The notes under the pieces were generated by a model, which had not been told where the DNA came from, made no database searches, and saw nothing but the letters and a program-made list of their open reading frames with translations. Positions 54,054 to 64,000 of a DNA stretch of 64,000 nucleotides are shown piece after piece. Position 1 is the first letter of the stretch. Every line of letters begins with the position of its first letter. The position numbers and the translations under genes were made by a program. This DNA comes from Octopus sinensis (Eukaryota), in contig NC_043001.1 in assembly GCF_006345805.1 (NCBI RefSeq), forward strand, positions 7,812,001-7,876,000, given 5' to 3'.

Positions 54054-54293
54054 CATTATTGTTAATGGTAAACATGTATCTACTTCCTTACATTTCACCC
54101 AATAAAAACATACAAAATCTAAAGAGAAACATATTGTATTACCTTGGATTTGAGTGGTTGCTTCGCTTGTTCCCCAAACGTACTTAAAGTGGGTTTTAGA
54201 AACAGAAAGTATAAATTCTATCAAAAGTGAGAAACTTATATTGTGAAAACTCCAATGTTGATAGTTGCTTTCAAAACAAGAAATAATAATAAA

Positions 54294-54366
<73 letters not shown>

Positions 54367-56887
54367 CGTATGAAAATATTTCAATATTTTATGAATACAT
54401 AAAAGAGTTGTAAATGCATACATCCTACATATCACAAATAGAGGATATCAATATTTTTTAAGATGTAGCGGTACAATTTCCTAGATTTAAAAAGAAGTGC
54501 AACAACTTTTAACCAAAGATTGTGCGTAGTAACATTAATATGATAGCATGAACTCAAAATTGTTTCCCAGCCTGCTGTAGTACGCTGGTTCCTTTTCCGA
54601 GATATTAAGATCTCTCAATGAAGTAGAAACATATATAGTGGTCGTTTACTTTCGGATAAGTTACCTTAATTATTATGCGTGCAAGCTTTTAATCATTGCT
54701 TCTCACTAGTAAATCAGCTCGTCTTTAGCTGAGATGACACTATGAAATCTCAGGATATATTTTCAATATACAAACTTTCTGCAAAACTGTGATCTGTGGA
54801 TCCAGTTTACTCGTTTCTGAAAAAAAAAAAAAAAGAAAAAGAAGAAAATTACCAAATGAGATTTAGATCCCATGAGTTCTCACCGTCTAGATAGTGAAAG
54901 AAACATTTTCGAAAATATAGCATTAGTTTTGCAGCAGACAGCAAGTGTATTTACATATTGCAGTATGTGATTACATACAGGAAAAATTCTGAGTACTCGA
55001 TTCCTCCTAATAATGGAATTTATTCTACGAACGTACGGATAATTTGTTTTGTTGTAGAGCCATGATAACCATAGACACATATTTATATACGTACAAAATT
55101 ACGCACACGCGGTGATCCAGAACGATCTAATGACGGAAACAAGTAAGATATATATATATGCGTGTGTGTATGTGGAGGGATGATTTCACTGTAACAAATT
55201 GTATAGTTTCGTATACATTGAGAAAGTTTCAAAGGTAAAATATCGAAGTAGTGTTTTCCAACTATGTTCATAAAATATATTTCTATTATCTATAGGTTTA
55301 TCGTTCCAGTATATCAAACATTGTTTTCAACACCGAATTAATCGAACCCACGTGATATATGTTAATTACGTTAAGCTGCCATTAGTTCCCGTGAGAAATC
55401 AAAAATAAGCAGGTGTTTCAATATACGCTAATATTTATTGTGAAATAAATGAAAAATTATACTTTAGATAATATTTGATTTTCACAAAATATTCAGAATG
55501 TCAATTACATATCACGTACATATGTGCGTGACCTATTTCTCGTAGCGAACTATAACAAATGAATATACATGGAAACGAGGTAAGATGAGTTAATATGACA
55601 AAATATATATATTACCTAATTGAAATTAAATCATTTTTCTCATATTTATCGTATCAAAGCGATGGCAGGGAGTAGATGACGAATAATATTGTAGATAATA
55701 TGATAAATTATATTAATGTTTTTCAGTCCGGAGATACGCCGCTATGATAAACACACATTTGGAAAATGATAGGAATATGATTTAGGATATAGAATTGGAA
55801 ATGTTATCTAAAACAACCAACGCAAGCGTTTAATGTACGTGAATGATTATTTTTCTTCCTTTCAAAATTATATGATTCCATATGTTTTGTTAATGAGATG
55901 TTTCATAGAGTGCTGAAAGATTTTTGTAATTAAGACTAGCATTATAATATGTGATATGATTTTTGGTTAATATATATTCTCAAGTAAAAGATATAAAATT
56001 ACATAGCGTCGATTTATAATACGAGAGCCGGGTATGCACGAGTATATCTTAGAAATATAGCATATACACATATAACAACAGAGCAACAAACACACACACA
56101 AACTCACACACACACAAATATATACATATATCTATCATAATGCTTTTAAGAGAGGATGTGTATTAATAATATATGAATTTAATAACTAATGATAGACATA
56201 AGTATACTGTATAGATTGACTAAATAGTAGAATGTTTTCCCGAAAGCATATGTATATGAATATGTGTATATATTTCGTATGTGTGTGTGTGAGTGAGTGT
56301 GTATATATGTGCGTTTGCAATACTTTTTTCGTTCGGCGTCAACAGCCCTTCTTATCTTGTTTTTCCCTGTCCTGTCTTTTACTGTTATATTTTTTTACTG
56401 TTTATATTTTTTTACTGTTTATTTTTTTACTGTTTATATTTTTGTACTGTCGTTACTGTCCTGTTTTTTTTACCCTTTTTTAACCATTTTTTACCCCTCT
56501 GCGAAAAGATCTCAGAATTTTAATTGATTTGCTTTTCGCAGGAAGGAAAGTTTCTTGTCGAAGATACGTCTCGCTTTTATCCTTCGAAACGTACAGTAGA
56601 TGAAACCTTAGCGACTGAAGAGGGGGTTTTTTCGTTGTGTTAATTGTCCTGTACTCCATTTTTTGTTGTTTTTAAAAAAAATGTCCAGTTCCTTTGGTTT
56701 GTGTCTATGTTTTCGTCTCTCTATGTGTTCGACGTCCTTTTGGTGTCCTGTACTCATATATGCGTCTATATGTACATGTAGAGGTAGGTACGTACATATA
56801 TGTTTATATATATGCATATGTTTTATTTCATTTATTAATATATATATATATATATATGTGTGTGTATGTGTGTACGTGTGTGTGTAT

Positions 56888-57048
56888 GGTGAGAGAATTC
56901 ACAAAAATCCAAAAACAAAGACAGGTGGTGTAGACAACAAACAGATGTAATAGTTTAACGCACGGGAAGTGAAAAAGTCTTTAACATTCTGAGACAGGAA
57001 CACGGAAAGAAACAAAGAGAGAAAATAAAGCATGTGTAGTGGCTAGCG

Positions 57049-57050
<2 letters not shown>
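56888..57050 (-). mobile_element. Mini-element family 3 with the hammerhead partly deleted
   Basis: gagagaattcac..ggtggtgtagacaacaaacagatgtaatag..gaaaaagtcttt, then a deletion relative to 52329. Confidence 0.65.
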
Positions 57051-57097
<47 letters not shown>

Positions 57098-57154
57098 TAC
57101 AGAGATGTTCTTGCATAGCAAGTAACCTGATCTGAAACCGTGTGCGGAAACAAA

Positions 57155-57558
57155 AACAATTGCAGCGTGGAATGTGTTTATAAGCCATTTAAGAAACACA
57201 CAGAAACCGCTAGATTCACTTCAACATTTAAATTTAATTTGACAAAATATTGTCGTCGCCTTGAGACCGCGAATTGTTCACTGAGTAAGAGTTAGTTCAT
57301 GATATGTATATATATATGTACGTATGTATGTCTGTATGTATGTATGTATGTATGCATGTATGTATGTAAGTATGCACGTCTGTACTTATATATGTACGTG
57401 AGTATTCAGATGCAGCACGGAATTTTGTCAGTGAACAGGTCGCAGTATCAAAGCGACGAAAATATTTTGGCAAATTAAATATTTAAATGTTGAAATGAAT
57501 CTAACGGTTTTTGCGTGTTTCTTAAATGGTTTATAAACACCTTCCACGCTGCAATTGT
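57155..57558. mobile_element. Inverted pair with about 135-bp arms around a (TATG)n core
   Basis: 57155-57290 is the reverse complement of 57425-57558. Confidence 0.85.
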
Positions 57559-57592
57559 TATACATACACACACACAAGCGCACACACACATG

Positions 57593-57803
57593 TACTCTTT
57601 TACTCTTTTACTTGTTTCAGTCCTTTGACTGTGGCCATGCTGGAGCACCGCCTTTAGTCGAGCAAATCGACCCCAGGACTTATTTTTTATAAGCCCAGTA
57701 CTTATTCTATCGGTCTCTTTTGCAGAATTGCTAAGTGACGGGGACATAAACACACCAGCATCGGTTGTCAAGCAATGCTAGGGGGGAAAACACAGACAAA
57801 CAA

Positions 57804-57835
<32 letters not shown>

Positions 57836-57993
57836 GTATATATACATATATACGACAGGCTTCTTTCAGTTTCCGTCTACCAAATCCACTCACAAGGCAT
57901 TGGTCAGCAGAAGACACTTACCCAAGATGCCACGCAGTGGGACTGAACCCGGAACTATGTGGTTGGTTAGCAAGCTACTTACGACACAGCCAC
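57593..57993 (-). mobile_element. SINE family B
   Basis: Matches 13228 and 51433, with a small internal deletion. Confidence 0.9.
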
Positions 57994-58562
57994 ATTGAGA
58001 GAGAGAGAGAGAGAGAGCGAATAATTTTTTTTTTTTTCATACGGGTAGAGATATAGGAGAAATAGCAGTTGAACATGCACAAAAGTCTATAAACTTAAGC
58101 ATGTGTTCATTATCCACAAACACGTCAGAGAAAACAATAAGATCATAGATTGTGCAGTCAACCGTGTCAGCCTTAACTTTCATGTCACCCTTGAATACAC
58201 TCGGATGTAGCGCGGAACATGTAAATAGTTCCAAGATTAGTCATGTGAATATCCTCCACCAATCAACTCCTATTCAAAGCATATAGTAATTTGAGCCATG
58301 GACTCCCTATAAAAATAGGGCAAACTTCACACTCAAGTCAAAACCACGACAGCTGCAACACACACCACGGCTTTCTATATATGAGCTTTGTGAAGATGGA
58401 TAGATCGATCAATATATAGATATACATATATACATGTTTCTATAAATCTTTCTTTTACGTCAAATTATACATAAAACCGATTTAAACTAAACTTATATAT
58501 TACTTAATACATTGTAGTGGAATAGATGTTTATTTAAATTAGACGTATTAGTTTAACAGTGA

Positions 58563-58643
<81 letters not shown>

Positions 58644-58679
58644 TATATATGTGTGTGTGTGTGTCTATATAAGTATATA

Positions 58680-58800
58680 TACAGTACATGTTACACCGTT
58701 AATCTCACCACAACATTTCGCTCTCTCTTTCTTTTTTAACTCTCTTTTTTGTCCTCTTTTCTTTTTCTGTTGGAGAGCGTAGGTCCGAAACGGCAAAAAA
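58680..58800 (+). mobile_element. Mini-element family 3, partial, with decayed hammerhead at 58763-58798
   Basis: tttt-ctgttgg-a-gagc-gtag-gtcc-GAAAC-ggc-aaaa. Confidence 0.5.
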
Positions 58801-58804
58801 CATG

Positions 58805-59672
58805 TACATGGTCTGATCAATAAGTATCCGGACTGTTGCCATAGTGTCGAAGCTAAAGTAAGCAGAAAGAAGGCGCTAAGCATAGATTGATCTGGAACTC
58901 CGCTGTGCATGCGCACTAAGGTCTGAAGTTGTAGCTCACTTTCGATATTTGTAGCAGTTCTTGGAAGGAAGGTGTGTAGCGTGTAATCATTGCATTGACC
59001 ATAACAGAGAAAGCTGAGCGTAGAATTTGCATCAAAATTTGCCAAAAACTTGACGTAACCTGCTTAGAGACCTTTGCAAAATATTCAAAAGGTTTTCGTT
59101 GTTCTGGACACAATCAAGGAGATCTTGTACAACTGAAACACTAGTGTCGTTTTGGTCAGCTGAAAGCAATTTTGACACAAACTTGGCAGAAATGCGTCTC
59201 ATAGCCACATCTTCCATGATGACGGACTGAACGGTAACTAATCTTCACATCCTTTGATACCTCACGGATGTTTATTCGTCGACCTCCCCTCACACTTTCC
59301 CGCACATCTGCGATGTTTTTCTTAGTTCTGTCGGTCGCGGATTTCCCACAACCCTCGTCAAGATCGACATTTTGTTTCTTGGAAACGTCTGACCAACTCG
59401 TGTGCGTCTCATAGACTCCACTCCATATATTTTCTGCAAATTTGCGTTGGCCTCTGAGCAGGTATCGCCAAGACTTTGTCATGGTCAATGCGACGACCAC
59501 ATGCTACACACCTTTCTTCCCAGCACTGCTGTAAACAACAGAAATGAGCTGAAACGTTGAAACGTAGTGCACATGCGTTGCAGAGTCCAAGGTCAACTTG
59601 TCCCAACTGGCTTTATTCTGCATGCTTTCGCATTATTGCAACAGTCCAGGTACTTATTGGTCAGACTTCGTA
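58805..59672. mobile_element. Non-autonomous mariner derivative made of two 5' ends
   Basis: About 35-40-bp TIRs with a TA at each end. The plus strand encodes TEKAERRICIKFCQKL; the minus strand encodes the HTH region and MRRISAKFVSKLLS. Confidence 0.85.
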
Positions 59673-59780
59673 CACCTTGTTGGTGCTCCCTCACATGTTA
59701 TCTTTTGTTGCTTGTATAATCCCTGTCTGTCTGTCTGTCTGTCTGTCTCTGTCTGTCTGTCTGTCTCTCTCTCTCTATAA

Positions 59781-59853
<73 letters not shown>

Positions 59854-59949
59854 TGTGTGTGTTTGTATGTTTGTATGTGTATATATGTATGTTTGTACGG
59901 GGCCACTCCTCCACAAAGGATGACTTCCTCACGGGAAACCCAATGACGT

Positions 59950-60532
59950 TAAGTTAGTTAGTTAGTTAGTTAGTTAATTTGGCTCAAAAGCAAATAGCAA
60001 GGCCATGTAGAGGGACATGAAGTTAAGTACAGGGTGGTGTTCATGTAAAGAGTTCAGGCCACTTGTGGTCAAGGGAGGCTTTGAACAAAGCGGTCGTCGG
60101 CATCTTCACCATCTCGTCTGGCAGCTTGTTCCACGGGTCCGCAACCCGGACGGAGAAAGCTCCTCTCCTTCGATTGAGATGAAATCGTCGCAGGTAGAGC
60201 TTTTCGGAATGACCCCGCAGCCGACGCTCTGGAGCAGGAGTGAAGAACAGCTCTTTCGAGAGGTTACACTTTCCGCTTATGATGTTGTGGGCGAGAATGA
60301 GATCACCACGGCGGCGGCGTTTTTCAAGAGAATAAAGGTCGAGCGTCCTCAGCCTTTCTTCATAGGACAAATCTTTGAGACCATGAACCATGCGGGTAGC
60401 CAGCTTCTGGACTCTTTCGAGATGCTGTATGTCTTTGAGGAGATAAGGAGAAGAGGCTTGAATCCCGTACTCCAATATGGGTCTCACCAGCGTGACATAG
60501 AGTGGTAGGAATATGGCTGCTGTGAGCATTCC
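59950..60532 (-). mobile_element. Young 5'-truncated CR1-like LINE with a (CTAA)n tail
   Basis: Uninterrupted ORF LYVTLVRPILEYG..LERVQKLATRMV..YEERLRTLDLYSLEKRRRRGDLI..RGHSEKL..FSVRVADPWNKLP. Confidence 0.92.
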
Positions 60533-60699
60533 GAATGACCGAGATGTTAAAAAGTGTCTTCATCCCAGCCCTACGGCTCATTTAATTTCACAAAACCTGT
60601 AAAATTCTTTACGGCTACAGACACTGAACGGGAGGCCGTATCAATTAGTTACTTCAACATCGAAGGAAAAAATGTAATGCTAGCAATATCTGAAATAGA

Positions 60700-61300
60700 T
60701 GCAAGCTAAGCTTCTGGCTCTGATGCATTCCCAGCAATCCTCAAGATATGCAAACGAATCTTTCCAAGATCATTGAAGCTACATCACAGAGCTTCCTCGC
60801 AAATGGAAAACTCCCGGTCAAACTAAAGAAGGGAACAATATGCTCTACCGAGAAAGGAGGAAATAGAGAAGATGTTAAAGCCTATAGACTTATCTATCTG
60901 AAATTATACATAAGCAAAGTCATGGAACGAATAATCTGAAAGAAATGTATTGTATTCTTTGAAGAGAATGAGTTGATGAGTGACACCCAGAATGGTTTTC
61001 GGTTAGGTAGGAGCTGCGGGACTCACCTATTTCAGAATTACGACTGGGTGCTGAAGGAGGTCATTGGAGTTGTTGTACAACTTCAATGAAGATGTCATAT
61101 ACTTCGACTTTGTAAAATCCTTTCATAAAGCTTCGAAATCCCGGCATATTTGGAAAACTTAGAGAATGGTTACATGGCGTTCTAAAAGATAGAAGACATG
61201 TAGTGGTGCTTAATGGGGCCACCTGCAAGTAAACACGAATAATGAGTGGTGTTCCACAGGGCACTGATCTGGGGCCCCAGCTATTCATAGTCACTCTCTG
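60700..61300 (+). mobile_element. Decayed CR1-like LINE RT
   Basis: ASGSDAFP; KGGNREDVKAYRLI..SKVMERII; QNGFRLGRSC; YFDFVKSF; SGVPQGTDLGPQLF. Confidence 0.85.
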
Positions 61301-61444
61301 CCATGCTCTCTGCTATTCAAGTACTTACCGTCTCGTCTATAATCTTGGAGCCCTAGTAATCCGTTAGAACACTTACCTAGCGTACCTACTCATTTAGATC
61401 TCCTGTTAACTAAACCGCCATATTTTGTTTTATATATATATATA

Positions 61445-61690
61445 TGCATATATATATATATAACGGGAAGCTTTATGAAAATAGACAAAAGTCGTGTGTA
61501 CCGTTGGCGATTTTTTCCCTCTGTCTTCCCTTCTCTGGATCTTTCCTTCTCCTATGTTTCCGACGAAGAGCTCCGCTCGAAACTTTAAACCCTCCTTCTT
61601 CCCTTCTTTCCTGAGCGTCCAATAATACTATATTTGTTCCACGTCCTCGCGTTTATGTGTCTTTTTGTGTTTTCTTGTTTGGATTAACTT
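61445..61690 (+). mobile_element. Hammerhead-bearing mini-element, family 2, between (TA)n arrays
   Basis: Aligns to 7320-7525. Confidence 0.75.
61556..61590 (+). ncRNA. Minimal hammerhead variant (CCGACGA core)
   Basis: gttt-ccgacga-a-gagc-tcc-gctc-GAAAC-ttt-aaac. Confidence 0.55.
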
Positions 61691-63739
61691 TATATATATA
61701 TATAAAGATACAGCAGTATACAACTTTGTATGTATACATGTGCATGCTTGCACATGTGCGTATGTATGTGAGTATGTGTGTCTTCTGTTTGTGTGCGTGT
61801 GTGGTTTTGCTGTACAAAATATCGTTAAATATGCCTTGAAATGATGCTTAACGTCAAAGCACTTAACATGTATATGGAAGATATTCATTTATTTAAGTTT
61901 AATTTTTACCAAAACAGATTGTATTGCATGTCCGTTGGAGACATACAATGTATTTTCTACAGCTACTAAAATATATGCACATTAAAATCTCTAGCTTCTA
62001 TCTATCACTTGAATTAATGGAACGGGTGTAATATGAGACTCCATTTAAGTTCTGAATCGCAGTGAAGTATTTTGAAGTATATTGTAGTAGACAATAATAT
62101 TGTGTCCATTGTTATAGTCACTCCACGTAATTAATTCTTTCAAATTTGGGGAACAATTCGGCGGTTTGAACTATATAGTTGCCTTAACTACATATTTTAG
62201 CTAAAAAAAGACTAAAGGCAATATCGATGTGGGTGGTATTTGTGCTCAGATCATGAAGGAAGAATGGATGACGCTACGTAATTTGGCCAGTATGATAACA
62301 ACTCTTTCAGCTCACAGCTTTTCTCAGCGTAAAGAGGACCATTTCATATTATTTCAAAATGTTGCGTTAAGAAGAAAGGAATACGATACAAAGATTGCTA
62401 ATATATAGCAACTAACAAATCTACCCAACTACGATTGAAGCATAAAACGAGAGGAGAAAGACATAACAGCAGTATGTATTGAGAAATGTGTAAACGGATG
62501 TGATAGATTAATGGGTGATTTTTTTTTTTAGAAATATCATTGTTGATGATACAGCATTCTATTACAGCGATAGGACATGTGTTAGCAACTAAGTGAAGTG
62601 TTATGAAGATCCAGGCCTCTGTATCATGAATGGTTATGTGAAACACTCCCACCGAAGTCCAAAGTTTCCTTCGACCACTACATAAAAAAAGGATTAAGAA
62701 GAATATGTTATTTAGATATACTTTTATTTTAGTTGTTTATACTGTTTTACGCTTATTTATACTGTTTTACATTCAAAGTTCATAAATTTCTTTACTTAAA
62801 TTATGAGTTATATTCCTTTCGAAAAGATCAATATAATTACAAAACTCCCTTTTAGATGATATGTTCTTGGTGGTCTGCACCAATTTTCACATTACAGGAG
62901 TCCGTTGTTCTACTTGTATAACTGGCTGTGTGTAAAAGTCGGAGTGGGTAAAAATACCCCTACACGATCTAAAGTTTGGCCCTGTGCTTTGTTCGCTGTG
63001 AATGCGCGAGTGGAATCTTTAGGGCTGCTAAAAATCAAACCAAGACTTACCCCTTACTTTCCTATGCGAATAATGTCTGGATGCTATTGTACCATGGTTG
63101 TACCATTGATTGAAAAATGTGAGGTGTAAACAAAAGCCGATACGATTAGCCGTTTCGAATCCTCGAGATTGACATACTTCAATAACCACTAAATAATCAC
63201 CCACACTATATACTGAAGCACATTTTCCCATGTTACTTTCGTTATTAATGGTACTCGCGATCCCCATCGCATCCACGTTGGAGCCACAAACGATACGATG
63301 GTCGGTGAATTTATAATAAAAATGCGGAGGACGTTTATCAATTCAAAAATGGATGCCAAAGAAATAATCATACATTCTGATGTTTTAATGCTAAACATAT
63401 TCTTGACAACCGTCTTTGTAATCTCGAAAAATATCGTAACCATTGTTGCAGCCATCTGGCCGTGAACACGGAACTAACAAAGACACGGAGAGAGAGAAGG
63501 ACATCACAGCCATTATAGTAAGATAGCAAATCAGCCATTCTACGATGGGAAATAATGGGATAGTATCAAACATCTAAACCCACCCCCTATATTTACGAAC
63601 TGTACAGTGCGCGCGTGTGTGTGTGTGTGTGTGTGTGAGGGTTCAATGTTGATCCGCGTCGCCGGAATTTTAACAAAATAGATCAAATTTGATTTATTAA
63701 TGCAAAACTCGATATCCACTAAATAATCATACTTTTTAA

Positions 63740-63885
63740 CATTGTTTTCGCTAAAAACATTCTGGAGTACCTCTTTCGTAATCCCCCAAATCGTCGTGAC
63801 AATTGGTTAAGCCGTTTGACAGCGAAGAGGGAACTGACAAACCGACTGACAGACCGACAATACAGACGCCCATTACAATAAGATT
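63740..63885 (+). mobile_element. Possible Helitron/Helentron-like non-autonomous end
   Basis: aattggttaagccgtttga followed by a gac(a/t)gac run, similar to HINE-type ends. Weak. Confidence 0.25.
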
Positions 63886-63967
63886 CAAATCTGAAAGGTT
63901 TTACGACCATGAATTCCCATTCGGTGCATTTGGTAGGGCCACAACCTACCTACATGAAATATATATA

Positions 63968-64000
<33 letters not shown>

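Noticed and set aside
63028-63573. Overlapping ORFs, including a short signal-peptide-like MLLSLLMVLAIPIAS
   Set aside because: All frames stop quickly, there is no recognisable domain and no convincing splice sites; I cannot support a gene call.

Overview
An AT-rich, microsatellite-saturated eukaryotic window. It looks like intronic or intergenic DNA from a coleoid cephalopod, most likely Octopus; this is inferred from SINE families I recognise, not from a search. I cannot confidently call any host protein-coding gene, and most of the ORF track is translated (TA)n, (CA)n and (GATA)n. The main content is: (1) a near-complete Penelope-like retroelement of Neptune type (about 20061-23858, minus strand; RT plus GIY-YIG) inserted in (TA)n, whose reading frame is broken only by single-base indels; it has a candidate UUUUUUA -1 frameshift site and a 3' region with five exactly spaced CRE+CCAAT units, a TATA box and a decayed hammerhead; (2) several families of short microsatellite-embedded elements carrying minimal, Penelope-type hammerhead ribozymes, some with family-wide core substitutions and several arranged as inverted pairs; (3) fragments of Dong/R4, HERO-like, CR1, RTE and I/Jockey LINEs; (4) a DD37D transposon, a mariner derivative built from two left ends, and a Tigger-like MITE; (5) more than 20 tRNA-derived SINEs showing head/tail module shuffling, dimers and nesting; (6) a 12-copy 96-bp satellite with a 3-mer higher-order repeat, and several long palindromes. 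All alignments and RNA folds were done by eye.
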